DNA of 64,000 bases from Eledone cirrhosa (lineage: Eukaryota). A program made the translations under genes and the position numbers. The DNA lies in assembly GCA_964016885.1 (NCBI GenBank), contig OZ024744.1, forward strand, positions 82,832,001-82,896,000, in the 5' to 3' direction. The notes under the pieces were generated by a model that saw nothing but the letters and a program-made list of their open reading frames with translations, was not told where the DNA came from and did not search any database. Shown here piece after piece: positions 13,800-27,699 of this stretch (positions are counted from its first letter, which is position 1; the number at the start of each line of letters is the position of its first letter).

Positions 13800-13832
<33 letters not shown>

Positions 13833-14149
13833 TCTTAAAAAATAATGTAGAAAACACAGAGAATAACTGTAACCGCAGCCAACATGTTATAGGCACTAGT
13901 TTAGAAAATCGGATAAAATAACCAACTAGACGGGAAACAATGGACAGCAGCCGCTAGCTCTAAACTGCTGAACTGAACAACATCTGTCAACCACTGCCGT
14001 CTTAAGTAAAGCTAACGGAACAGCTAGGATGCAGAAAATAACTGTAATTACAGTTGATTACTATAAATAATAGCTTAGAAAATCAGATAAAATACCCATA
14101 TAGATGCTGAAAAGTGGTCAGCAGCCGCTACGAGTCAAGAGAGAGCGAG

Positions 14150-14390
14150 GGTGTTGTTTATAATGTTGCAGTCCTTTAGAAAAGACATGAGCAGTTGCAG
14201 AGAAAACAACGTTTGGGGCAAGAATGACTGGGTGGAGTGGTTAGAAAGGGGGCACGTATAGGATTGGACACAACATAGGTGACGAGAAGAGGGGAGACGT
14301 GTAGGTTTTGAGTGCCGGAATAGAGGCGGCATGAGACCACTAAGTTCCGAGAAGCAGTAACCATTGTAGTAGTGGTAGAAGAATCGCTTT
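14150..14390 (-). mobile_element. CR1/L2/Jockey-group LINE ORF2 C-terminal fragment
   Basis: FFYHYYNGYCFSELSGLMPPL..TR....H...SFLPQT resembles the conserved LINE C-terminus; clade uncertain. Confidence 0.65.
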
Positions 14391-14496
14391 GTATTTATGT
14401 CACCAGAAGTATCACTTACGTCCCATAACTTACTTCTTCGAGAAATAAAGATCAAGAATATTAATTAATACAAGGCTAAGTGTTTCTTTTTCTATT

Positions 14497-14652
14497 CGTG
14501 TAGAGGGGAAAGTGCATAGCGTAGCTCTGTATAACCTCCGTCCAACCATCCCTGTTGCATGTCAGTAATTGGCGTTTTCTGACCGGTCCAGGCACTGATG
14601 TTATCCGTCCATTTTTTCTGGCGCCCTTGCCTTCTTTTCCTCCTAACTGTTC

Positions 14653-14655
<3 letters not shown>
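14497..14655 (-). mobile_element. RTE-clade LINE 3' fragment
   Basis: GTVRRKRRQGRQKKWTDNISAWTG. Confidence 0.75.
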
Positions 14656-14699
<44 letters not shown>

Positions 14700-14705
<6 letters not shown>

Positions 14706-14920
14706 ATAACGGCAGACACACTAATATTTCTGGGCGATTACCCTTCATTAGTACTGTATACTGCCTACCTGCCAACTGTCAGAGCTTGTGAAAATATATC
14801 ATATTTTCTTCAATAAATAGTGACAGATCGGCCTGAGTTGTATATTAGAAGACCAGTAAGGTCTGCATATTAGTAGACCAACTGATCATTTGCATATCAG
14901 CATATAGGCCACTCAGTTTC

Positions 14921-14925
<5 letters not shown>
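14700..14925 (-). mobile_element. Hammerhead-bearing pLTR-like repeat, family A (decayed)
   Basis: Similar to reverse complement of 41755-41990. Confidence 0.75.
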
Positions 14926-14977
<52 letters not shown>

Positions 14978-15609
14978 AACTATATTTATAAACTTATCTT
15001 ATCTCGCCGTGAGCAGAGCACAGAATCTTCGGCAGTGAAAAACCAAATTAAGCGATCTTTCACAAGTATTTTGTGAAAGACGAAACTAGTCGCATTCATC
15101 CCACTTTTATCTACGTACGTCCGAGGTCCCTTATTTGTCAGAGCTATGGCTATCACTCGAATTTATGGACACGGACTGCAAAGTGGGGTTAGTAGGAAAT
15201 AAAATGAAATAATAACTTTCCTCCAAAACATGTAATATTGTCATCAAATACACATGGAGGCATATCTTATTCCGAACAATGGGTCAGTGTTAGTTATAGA
15301 TCACATGTGGTCACTCGAGGAGCTGACACACTACAGGTTATAGATCAGCTCAATTAGGTTTGACCTAATATTACATAACAATGGTTTGTTATTTAGGCAC
15401 AACGAGGTAATGTAAAATTCGATTGTGTCGATCTCACCACCTGAGTGATTCTTTATTTTATCAATCCTTGACAGTTGAAAGGCGAATTCGATCTCGGTGG
15501 CATTTGAGCTCAGAAAATAAAGAACTATAAATAGATGACATAAAGCTTTTAGTTCGACGACTTAACGATTCTGTCAATTCACCTAAAAAATAAAATCAAC
15601 GAACACCAC

Positions 15610-15715
15610 TATTATCACCACCACCACCATCACGACAATAACATCACCCCCTCCGCCCACGACAATGACATCAACCACCGCCAGTACCACCATCACCACC
15701 ACCACCACCACCACC

Positions 15716-15747
<32 letters not shown>

Positions 15748-15844
15748 CAATAACAACAACAACAACAACAATAACAAGACGGTGACTAACAATAGCACCA
15801 CCACCACCACCACAACCACCACCACCACCACCACCACCACCACC

Positions 15845-15892
<48 letters not shown>

Positions 15893-15928
15893 AACAAGAC
15901 GGTGACTAACAATAGCACCACCACCACC

Positions 15929-15960
<32 letters not shown>

Positions 15961-16200
15961 CAACAACAACTCTAACAACAACAACAACAACAATAACAAC
16001 AATAGCAACTTCAAACAACAAGACGGTGACCAACAGCATCACAACCACCACCACCACCACCACCACCAACACAGTAACAACAACCACCACCATCACGATC
16101 AACACCACCACCACCAACAACCGCAACAACAACAACAACAACAACAACAAGACGGTGATCAATAGAACCACCATTAATACGGACGACCACAAACTATCAT
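15610..16200. repeat. (CCA)n/(CAA)n compound repeat with four ~120-bp higher-order units
   Basis: AACAAGACGGTGA recurs near 15775, 15895, 16018, 16147. Confidence 0.9.
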
Positions 16201-16802
16201 CATACATTCAGCAAAACATAACAACACATTCAATAACCACCATCAACTAACCTACTAACCAAATGCCATACTCATCTATATCACTTCTAATATGTTGTTG
16301 ACATTATGTGTATTAATTTAACATTTGGAATTTGATTTCCATCCTGCCTCTGAGGCAATATTCTTCTTTATGGTAGAAGCTGCAATATCTGTTTAAAACA
16401 ATCCTTTCACCCGTTCCTTGAATATAATGACAGGATGGGCTGACTTGATTATTTTTTTTATCAGATTACGTTTTCTGTCCATCTCCCATATATTTCTCTC
16501 ATTTGCTTTAGTTTGTGTTATTTTATTATTATTTTTTTATTGTCAGAAATTTAAATGATATCATGTTCTTCGTATAATAATTTTATATCATTATATCATT
16601 ATCTCATTAAATAGGAAATAATATTTGTTGACTTAAAATAATTAATTAGAAGTGTCTTAATCTTGTTTAAACAATTTTCTTGACCAACTGCGGTTTTCTT
16701 TACGTTTTTTAAAAAAAAAGTAGTTCTATATTTGTTTCAAAGTCGATACTGATCTGACCTGATTATAGTACACACACACACACACACACACATACATGTG
16801 AA

Positions 16803-16849
<47 letters not shown>

Positions 16850-16888
16850 GTACGTAAGTATATGTGTATGTATTTATATATGCATACG

Positions 16889-16955
<67 letters not shown>

Positions 16956-16957
16956 TA

Positions 16958-17356
16958 GATTGAGTTAGAAACTCAAAATAGTCTTTTACAATTAAATAGC
17001 TCAAAGAAGGGAATCTTTCCGAGCCGTGTAATATAATTGGATATATGAGAGGGATGAACCCCAATACAAGTATACATGTGTTCCAATTGCAAATGACCAA
17101 GTTAGCTACGTTGAAAAATATTAATTTAAAACAAAATGGTTAGCCTGTCTCGATTTAACATAATAAATCAATAAAAATAAAAAACCTATATCGGGCAAAT
17201 AGCCTTTGATACGCAGACAGACATGAATCTGTTATGTTAAATCGTGTCAGGCAAACCATATTGTTTTAAATTAGTATTTTTCAACCTAGCTAACTTGGTC
17301 ATTTGCAATTGGAACACATGTATACTTGTATTGGTGTTCATCTCTCTCATATATCC

Positions 17357-17360
<4 letters not shown>
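16958..17360 (-). repeat. Fold-back element with ~115-bp arms and left tail, in (TA)n
   Basis: 17035-17147 reverse-complements 17248-17360. Confidence 0.85.
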
Positions 17361-17401
<41 letters not shown>

Positions 17402-17899
17402 TGTTTATATTGTATTTTGTCTGAGGAAGGCATAGCATATTGTTAATATGATATCCCTGAAATATATATAATGAAATATATATATGTATATATATATTTC
17501 TATACATATTTGTATACAGCTATGCCTGAAGCTAAATCCCATTTCTCTCTATATATATATTCAATCAATATCTGATTTAATATGGTCTATATGCGATACT
17601 ATAACACCATCTTTTCTAGTTATATTATCTTAAGATATTCCATTAGCTTATCTTTCATTTCTTATATATATATATATATAGTTGTAAAGTAATATTATTC
17701 AGAAATCAAAATGTATTGATAACTCTTATCTTATTATTATCAATTCAGACCAGTGTTCAATGTCAGTTATATAACCATTTTATTATTCTATAATGTTCTT
17801 GCTGAATATTTCTATTGAATGTGGCCAGCGATTTGGTAAATAGGGTAATGCGTCGAAATGATTGATTTCATATATATTTGCTCTGATCATTTCTATATA

Positions 17900-18118
17900 T
17901 TGGTTTCTTATATATAGGCACAAGGCCAGCAATTTTGGGGCAGGGGAAAGTCGATTAAATCGACCCCAATGCGTGACAGGTATTTTATTTCATCGACCTT
18001 GTAAGGATGAAAGGCAAAGATAACCTCGGTGGCACTTGAACTCAGATCATAAAGGGCCGTAACTCTATGCTGCAAAGCTTGGCGTCCGACCCTCTACCGT
18101 GTATTGCCAATCCACCAC
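17900..18118 (-). mobile_element. SINE (longer subfamily) with ~20-bp TSD
   Basis: CTCTGATCAT(T/C)TCTATATATT on both sides. Confidence 0.85.
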
Positions 18119-18639
18119 TCTGATCATCTCTATATATTAAAAAAAAAAAAAAAAAATGAACGTGTTTTTTGTGGTTATGAAAACGGAAAAAGAAGGGAAA
18201 GACAAAGGTTCTAGGGTCATAGAAGAAAGGGAGGAGGAAGGGTAAGGTTGGGGGGCTCTAGACCTAGGGCACGGTGGTAACAGGGGCTGTGCTCCGTGGA
18301 CAAGACCACAAAAGCATTCCCACGGTCAATGGCCAGCGACACCCGCTGCAACAGCCACCCCCACCTTAAGGGGGCTCCTTCCTCAGATGGAGATCTTTCC
18401 TGCCGTTCCGATCTTTGCGGAGGAGCTCGGCAGTAATGCGCTTTCTTAATATTTCTCTGGAATATGGCCAGCGATTTGGTAAAGAGGGTAATGCGCCGAA
18501 CTGATTGATTTCATATGTAATTGGTCTGATCATTTCTATATATTGTAGATAGATTTTATTGGTAATAATGAAGGAATGAAGACGATGATAATGGTGATGA
18601 AAATAATAGTGATATAAGTGTTGCTTATGATGGTGGTGG

Positions 18640-18673
<34 letters not shown>

Positions 18674-18799
18674 AACAGTGATGATGATGATAATGATGAT
18701 GATGATAACAGTGATGATGATGATAATGATGATGATGATGATGATAATGATGATGATGATGATGTTAGTGATGATGATGATGATGAAAAGGAATAAGAT

Positions 18800-19990
18800 A
18801 ATTGTTTCTACTTTTGGCACAAGGCCAGCAAATTACCCAGTACATTACTGGTACTTTATTTTATCGACCCCGTAAGGATGAAAGGCAAAGTTAACCTCGG
18901 CGGGATTTGAACTCAGAATGGCAAGGGCCGTAACTCTAAGGGCTAGAAAGCATGACGTCCGACTCTACCGATACTGCCAATCTACCGCCCTGGAGAAAGG
19001 TATTGATGATGATGATGATGATTATGGTGATAACGGTGATGATGGTGATGATAATGATGATGATGATGGTGATGATGATGATGGTGATGATGGTGATGGT
19101 GATGATGATGGTGATGATAACGATACTGCTGCTGTAGCTGATAACAATGATGATGATAATGAAATTGAAGATGGTAATGATGATGATGATGATGATGATG
19201 ATGATCACGAAAATGTTGTTGATGATGTTGTTGTTGTTGTTGATGATCATGATAATTGTTTCTACTTTTGGCACGAGGCCAGCAAATTACCCAGTGTATT
19301 ACTGGTACTTTATTTTATCGACCCCGTAAGGATGAAAGGCAAAGTTGACCTCGGCGGGATTTGAACTCAGACTGTAAAGGGACGTAACTCTATGATGCAA
19401 AGCATGGCGTCCGACCTTCTACCGTTATTGAATAATAATTGTTTCTACTTTTGGCACAAGGCCAGCAATTACCCAGTGCATTACTGGTACTTTATTTTAT
19501 CGACCTCCGTAATGATGAAATGTAAAGTTAACCTCGGCGGGATTTGAACTCAGATTGGCAAGGGCCGTAACTCTATGCGTCAAGCATGGCGTCCGACCCT
19601 CTACCGATACTGCCAATCCAGCGATGTTGATGGAGATGAAGAGGAGGAGGAGAAGTAAAATGTGTAGTACCGCCATTGTTGTTTCCGTTCTCTTCCTTCT
19701 CGTCGTTGTTATCCAACACCTCAATAACAACAACAACACCATCATCACCATACCACCACAACCAACAACTGCACCATCATCACATCATCATCATCTTCGG
19801 TGGATTGGCAGTATCGGTAGAGGGTCGGATGTCATACTTTGACGTACGCATAGAGTTACGGCCCTTTACATTCTGAGTCCAAATCCCGCCGAGGTTAACT
19901 TTGCCTTTTCATCTTTACGGTGTCGATAAAATAAAGTACCAGTAATGTACTGGGTAATTGCTGGCCTTGTGCCAAAAATTAGAAACAATT
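18800..19990. mobile_element. Four SINE copies in (ATG)n/(CAT)n tracts (three -, one +)
   Basis: 18800-18990, 19254-19425, 19437-19620 (-); 19798-19990 (+). Confidence 0.9.
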
Positions 19991-20920
19991 ATTATTGTCG
20001 TTGTCATCATCATCACCGCATCACCATCATGACCATCATGACCATCACCATCATCATCATCATAATCACAATCACCATCATCATCATCATCATAATCACC
20101 ATCATCATAATCGCCATCACCATCATCGTCATCGTCACCACCATCATAATTATCATCATCATCATCGTCATCATTATCATCATCACCATCACCATCATCA
20201 CCAACACCATCTTCATAAACATCATCATCATCATCATCATCATCATAATCACCATCACCATTATCATCATCATAATCACCATCATCATAATCACCATCAC
20301 CCTCATCATCATCACCATCATCATCATCACCATCACCATCATCATCATCATCGTTATTTTCATTCTAATCCTCATCATCATCATCATCATCATCACCACC
20401 ACCACCATCATTATCATCATCATCATCGTCATCATTATCATCATCACCAACACCAACCATCACCATCACCATCTTCATAACCATCATCACCATCATCATT
20501 TTTATCACCAATTGTTACCAATTGTCACCAATTGTCACCAATTGTCATCTCCATTCTTGCTCTTACCAGTATCATTACTATTTATACTACGACGAATTCC
20601 ACTAGGATGTTTTGTCCCCTCTCTTCTCCCTATTCCTCTCTCACTCTCTCAAACTCTCTCTCTCTCTCTCCCACCCTCTCTACACCTCTATTTCTCTATC
20701 ACTCTCAGCGTTACTTGTTTATTGTCCCGATTTTGTCTTTTAAACAAAGCTTAACATATAACATAAATGCAACGTCCACCATTAACCTTCTATAACGTCT
20801 GCATACCTAGTGTGAAATGCCTCCTGTCATTTATACACTCGTCTGCATTATATACGCATGCATTTCTCCCTCCCTGTCTCTCTCTTTCTATCTCTCTCAT
20901 CCCCTCACTCTTACCCCTCT

Positions 20921-20952
<32 letters not shown>

Positions 20953-20969
20953 TTATCTATATATGTGTG

Positions 20970-21067
<98 letters not shown>

Positions 21068-21128
21068 ACATATATATATCTATATCCATCTATCTATTTA
21101 TCTATATCTATCTATATATCTATCTATC

Positions 21129-21245
<117 letters not shown>

Positions 21246-21769
21246 CTATCTATCTATCTGTCTATCTATCCATCTCTATCTATTCTCTGTGCGTGCGTAT
21301 GGGGTATGTGGTGGAACGAGTCTCTTGTATCAATCACCGTACGGGTAGACTCGTGCAAGCATAAGTGTATGTCTTTGCGTATGCCTTTATATACATCTAC
21401 TGTATTGTTCGCGTATATACACACACACATAGTGTGTGCGCGTGTGTATGTGTATGAGTGGTTCTGTGCTTTTTTTTATGCATACGAGTGCATCTGGCCT
21501 TTTCGTGGATGTACCTATGTAAATTTGTATGTGGATTGGCGCGATATTTTTGCGTATGTATTTGTATAGGTGTTGTAATGTATGTCTATATGTGCATATG
21601 AGTGATTTTTTTGCATACTGGATAGAAATGCTTTTGTGACTGCGCATGTGTGTATGTGTGTATCAGTGTCTTGGTGTGTTTCTGGGAGTTTATAAGTTTT
21701 GTTAAGTGAAAGTGTGTGTTGTGTGTATTATATGCGAGTATATAAATGAGTATATCTATACTTACATAT

Positions 21770-21834
<65 letters not shown>

Positions 21835-21878
21835 TGTTTATATATATATATATGCATGTTAATATATATATATATATT

Positions 21879-21912
<34 letters not shown>

Positions 21913-21913
21913 T

Positions 21914-21960
<47 letters not shown>

Positions 21961-21969
21961 CACATACAA

Positions 21970-22000
<31 letters not shown>

Positions 22001-22262
22001 CATATAAATATATACTGCATATATATGTGTATGTGTGTGTGTGTGTGTGTGCGTGTGTGTGTGTGTGTGTGTGAGTGAGTGAGAGAGAATGACCATGTAT
22101 GCATGATTGTGTATGCGGGCGAAGGCACGTGTGGTGATCGTCTGAGGACGTTTAATATTACACAGCTACATTAAAAGTATGGAAATTTATAAGACAGATG
22201 TGGCTAAAGTATTACACGGTGATATCTCATAAATCACAGCTTTAAATGATATAAAATAACAT

Positions 22263-22362
<100 letters not shown>

Positions 22363-22786
22363 TTCTCTTTCTCTCTCTCTTTCCATCTTTCGCCTCTCTC
22401 TCTTTCACTCTCTCACTCTCTTCATCACTCTCCCTCTTTTTCTTACCCTTTCAATGCTTTCGCCCTGTCTCGCTTTGTCTGCCTCTTTGTATATGTGTCT
22501 ATCTGTCGTCTGTCTGTCTTCTTCTTCTTCTTCTTCTTCTTCTTCTTCTTCTTCTTCTTCTTCTTCTTCTTCTTCTTCTTCTTCTTCTTCTTCTTCTTCT
22601 TCTTCTTCTTCTTCTTCCTTCCTCTTATATCTCCTTCTCCTCCTCATCATTATCATCATGAGCATCATCACACCTTCTCCCCCACCTCCATCTTCCCCCT
22701 ACTCCTCCTCCTCCTCCTCCTACTCCTCCTCATTCTTCTTCTTCTTCTTCTTCTTCTTCTTCTTCTTCTTCTTCTTCTTCTTCTTT

Positions 22787-22819
<33 letters not shown>

Positions 22820-23113
22820 TTTCCCATGGATCACTGGGTGGCGGTAGATATACATTCCATGCATTTGGAAGCCATGTCCTAGGTCTCTTCTCGTCGTTTC
22901 TCTTACAATTTTGATTAATGAATGTAAGGTTGCTAGACTCACGCTCCATACTTCCCACCTTTCCAACACAGGCCAAAATGTAATCTAAGCATTTCGAGGT
23001 CAAGGCCAAGGTTCCTTAACACCAGATAGGGGCTTAATCCAGGTGCTGGCATCTGGAACCAAGCGAACCAGGGACTCAAATCACATCACTCTTTTTTCAA
23101 AGGAACATTAAGT

Positions 23114-23451
23114 AATTGTTTCTACTTTTGGCACAATGCCAGCAATATCCCAAGTAGTGCATTACTGGTACTTTATTTTATCGACCCCGTAACGATGAAG
23201 GGCAAAGTTAACCTTGGCAAGTTTTGAACTCAGAACATAGAAGGCCATAACTCTATGCTGCAAAGCATGTTGTCCGCTGCTCTACCAATTCTGCCAATCC
23301 GCCGCCCTTTAAATAAAGGAACATTAAATAATTGTTTCCACGTTTGGCCCAAGGCCAGTTCATTACTGGTACTTTATTTTATCGACCCCGTAAGGATGAA
23401 AGGCAAAGGTAACCTCGGCGGGATTTGAACTCAGAATGGCAAGGGCCGTAA
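23114..23451 (-). mobile_element. Two tandem SINE copies separated by repeated target sequence
   Basis: ACATTAA(G/A)TAAT before, between and after copies. Confidence 0.9.
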
Positions 23452-23917
23452 CATTAAATAATGCTACGTCTAGTATTAAAATAATGTTTCTATAAATCGT
23501 TTGACTTTACTCTCAAAGATGCAGTATATCTTTGTAATGGTGTATCCAATTTTAAGATAATGGTTCTTAAAAGAGGGTGTCTGTAAATCACTTTACTCTA
23601 TTTTCAATGGAACGGTAGAATATCGCTACGACAAGTATTAAAACAATGTTTCTTTAAATCGCTTAAGTCTCTTTGAAATATAGTTAACAATAAATTAAAA
23701 TATTTAAAGCTGTACCACTAGGTTGCATACACGCACGCGAACACACTCACACATAAGTACATAACCTGCGCACATGCGTGCGTGCACACTCACACACATA
23801 AATACACACACAATCAAACGTAAACATATATATATATATACATAGCACATATATATGCGTGTGTGCATGTATACCCACACACGGACACACACACACACAT
23901 GTATATATATATATATA

Positions 23918-24044
23918 GCTGTCGAAACGGCCGGCGCTCAGCCGTCGGTGTCCTGACTTTTTTCCTATTACTCACTCTACTACCCAAGGTATCGAGTACT
24001 CAGGTGTGTTATGGTCCACCTAGTTCCTTACCACACTTTCTTCG

Positions 24045-24046
<2 letters not shown>
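23918..24046 (+). mobile_element. pLTR-like repeat family B (3' half of hammerhead plus tail)
   Basis: Similar to 31855-31978, 37432-37556 and 45216-45293 (-). Confidence 0.75.
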
Positions 24047-24092
<46 letters not shown>

Positions 24093-24259
24093 TCATACAC
24101 GCATATAAATATATTGTTGGAACTCAACGGTGAAATATGTTTCTCGTTTTTCTATTTTCTTAGAAGACATTACCTAGTCTTGATAATCGCTGAAAGTGAT
24201 TAAAGGTTCTTATATATCTATATATACCGAGTTGACTGGTGATGCAATATACACCCCCA

Positions 24260-24292
<33 letters not shown>

Positions 24293-24746
24293 TCGACATA
24301 GTTGAACAACCAATCCCAACCAGTTGCGATTCGGAGTACGAATGACTAGCACACACACATGCTAAATATATCACTGATAACCAAGATCGGGTCTCTACAA
24401 CACGCCAGGTCTCCAAGAATGATCACCAATCCAACCTATGCCAACACAAAACCTGGACTTAAAATAATGAGGATAAGGATAATATATTATATCATACATT
24501 TTTAAGACTCTCCTCTGATCCAACGTAGATATAATTATCCTTTTTAGGTTAAGTAATGTATTCTCTTTAAGCAAGTATGTTGAGAGCAATATCCTCAGTA
24601 AATAGAAACGGAACAACATATTTCTACGTTATATTTATTTGCCAGAGGAACACCTGAGTTATTAAAAAAAAAAACCGAAATCATAACTTTATAATTAATT
24701 TTATTGATTAAATCAATAAAATTAAATATTCTCAGCATTAATTAGG

Positions 24747-24864
24747 ACTGAGTTCAAAACCCGCCGAGGTTAACTTTGCCTTTCATCCTTAAGGGGTCGA
24801 TAAAATAAAGTACCAGTAATACACTGGGATAATTGCTGGCCTTGTGCCAAAAGTAGAAACAATT
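24747..24864 (+). mobile_element. 5'-truncated SINE
   Basis: Consensus match; TTAATTAGG on both sides. Confidence 0.9.
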
Positions 24865-25236
24865 AATTAGGTTAAGGTTTGATAGTATTCATATTTATCA
24901 CTGGGTCACTGTAATAACTGATTTTCCTTACAGACGCTATCTATTTCATCCGTTACCCACATGTTCTAGGTTTCTCCCTCCCTATTAGTTTCTTTTTATA
25001 TTTATACTTGAAATCAGGGTTCATTGTAACGGTATATATTGGGTTGGACGGGAATGTTTTTATAACGACCTAATTGCTATAAAGGAAATCATTAGGATCA
25101 CTACTTCGAATAGGTGAACATACTTGATCACATGTTACACTATAGTGTAGATAAGTAAGAGAGTAGGTATATTTAAGGAAATATTTGTAAGAAATAAAAT
25201 GATATAACTTCATCTATGCTTCTTTAGTTGATTATT

Positions 25237-25332
<96 letters not shown>

Positions 25333-25349
25333 CACACACACACACACAC

Positions 25350-25431
<82 letters not shown>

Positions 25432-25694
25432 TATATTCGTTTTTGAATTTGTTTTGCGATATTTCTTATCTGAAAATGTGTGTTGAAACAGATATTGTTA
25501 TATATATATATATATATATATAAACATATATAAACATATATATATATATAAATCTATATCCTGATTCTTTTTGAATTGAGTTTGAATTATTTTTCCCACA
25601 TCTTACGTTAACTATTTTCTCATTTTGACGCTATAGTCACTTATATATTATGGAATGCTGTTGGCTTCTTGCTACAATACTTTCTATACCTTTC

Positions 25695-25751
<57 letters not shown>

Positions 25752-25892
25752 AGTTTACTTAAAGCAATGCGTAGTGAGGTATAAACGTTTGGAGTTATAA
25801 GGCCAGAACAATGCAGGTATGGATATAGATTATAAATACAAATGTAAAGGATAAAGCTAACAATTAGTCTTTACCTTAAATTTATTTGAATA

Positions 25893-25930
25893 TCCTTAAT
25901 TTTCGAGATAATATCTCTTCTTCGGAAGGA
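25893..25930 (-). ncRNA. Minimal hammerhead motif in PLE 3' end (core variant CCGAAGA)
   Basis: tcctt-CCGAAGA-a-gagat-att-atctc-GAAA-at-TA-agga. Confidence 0.6.
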
Positions 25931-26159
25931 AGTAAAGGGGTTAATCCAGTGTTCTAATTAGCTTGCCAGGTCATACTGACATGAAACAGTATAGAAATTC
26001 CATTCTATTTCTAATGTCAAAGAGTGAAGGTTAGGTGGATAAATGGTTGTCTCCCTTTAAAAGGTGTGGACATGTATATCTAAGTGTGTGTGTGCGTGTG
26101 TGTGTGTGAGAGGGGATAAGTTTATATATAAATGTGGGGGCTAGGTACTCTATCATGTT

Positions 26160-27572
26160 AAAAATTGGGTGTTGAGTTCTAGTCTATTATTGATTGGTGG
26201 TTGTGGTTTGTCTATAATTAGTGCTTCTTTAATTTTAAGATTGCCGAGGTTTCTTTTCTTAGCTTCTATCCTAACTATTATGTTTTTGTCGGTGTTTTTG
26301 CATTTCACTGGGTGTTTCTTAAATGAGGAGGCGTTAGTGTTGAGGTGTTCTTTTATTCTAATGTGAAGTGGAGGTGCTACCTATGTAGAAATTGCTGCAT
26401 TTGTCGCACTCTAATCTGTATACGATGTAAGCCTGGTGGCATAGGTCTGTGTCGTCTATTGGGCAGTTGGCTAGCCTGCAGAGGCTCTCATGTTTGGTGG
26501 AGTGTCTTTTGGTTAGCTGTCCGCGTAGTGAATGTCCTGAGTGGGTTAGTTGGATATCTAGTCCCTCTCGTCTGATAGCTCTGCGGATGGCTGTTGTTGT
26601 TTCGTCACTGAAGTGTGGAAGCTTCAGGAAGCAGGTGTTAATGCCTCGGGTGTGGTGTCCTCTGTTGTGTCTGGCACAGTTCGCGGTGGACGTCGGGTAT
26701 CCCTTCAGTTTAAGTACTTCCAGGAAATGTGTGTCTCGATCTCTCGGTCTCTTGCGTCGGTGCATTTGTTCTGGATACGTGTTAGTTCGTTCCTTATGTA
26801 CCCGAACTTAGCGCTATCTGGGAGGGTTGATCTGAAATGTACAGGTCCCTGCTGGTGGCTTTTTTATAGAAGCAGGTGTGGATGTCGCCTTCCTCTGTTA
26901 CCCTGAGTTGGAAGTCCAGTAGGGATAGGAATCCGCGATCATCGGGGTGTTCCATGCTGAACTTTATATTGGCGTCCATGCTGGAGAATGTCATGTATAT
27001 TTTATCTGCTTTTTCACGGGATGATGTAAGGATGAGTATGTCATCTACATATCGGGTGAAGAAGGTATAGGAATGGCAGGTGTTGAGGGCTCGGCATTTC
27101 AGCTGGCTCATATAAGTGATCGCCAGCAGGCCCGATAGGCTGGATCCCAGGGGTAATCCTGTTGTCTGTCTGTATGTGTGGTGGTGGAAGGTGAAGTACG
27201 TATTGTCCACTGTGAAGGACAAAAGCTGGTGTATATCCGTCGGATGGAGGCCGTAGCAGTGGATGTCCTCTGCGAACACGCAGTCCGTCAATAAATCGAC
27301 AGCTGGATGAGCGGGGACTGTAGTGTAGAGGGAGACAACGTCAAGGCTAAAGGCGTATCTATTTAGTTTAAGTTGTTCTGGCTGGAGTGGGTGTAGCCTC
27401 GTCGGAGCTACTGACATGCCTGGGAAAGGTGGAGAGTAGCAGCTTGAGGACCTGGGAGAGGAGCCACAAGATTTTGTATAGGGCCCCTTCTATGCTAGAG
27501 ACGATAGGTCTTATTTGTGTCTTAGTGCTACTCTTGTGGGTCTTGATGAGGTGATAGAAAGTGGGGAGTCCG
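26160..27572 (-). pseudogene. Frameshifted PLE RT plus GIY-YIG ORF
   Basis: Pieces in ORFs 27368-27622, 26794-27417, 26358-26765, continuing IRIKEHL...IKEALII. Confidence 0.9.
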
Positions 27573-27699
27573 CTATAAATAAATGTAAGGTAAAGACTAA
27601 TTGTCAGCAATATCTTTTGCATTTGTATTAATATTCTATATCCATACCTGCATTGTTCTGGCCTTCTAACTCCAAACGTTTATATATATGTATATATAT

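Larger units (their letters stand above)
25780..27683 (-). mobile_element. Penelope/Poseidon-like retroelement, 5'-truncated, with inverted ~100-bp terminal repeat
   Basis: RT motifs IKTHK, IRPIVS, LDVVSLYT, YRQTTGLPLGSSLS, RYVDDI, IKFSME, LLDF; GIY-YIG IVYRLECDKCSNFYIGST; 25781-25885 is inverted at 27577-27683; both ends in (TA)n. Confidence 0.95.

Noticed and set aside
22823-23090. Host exon on - (113 aa ORF)
   Set aside because: No recognisable domain; runs into (GAA)n, more like a LINE 3' end
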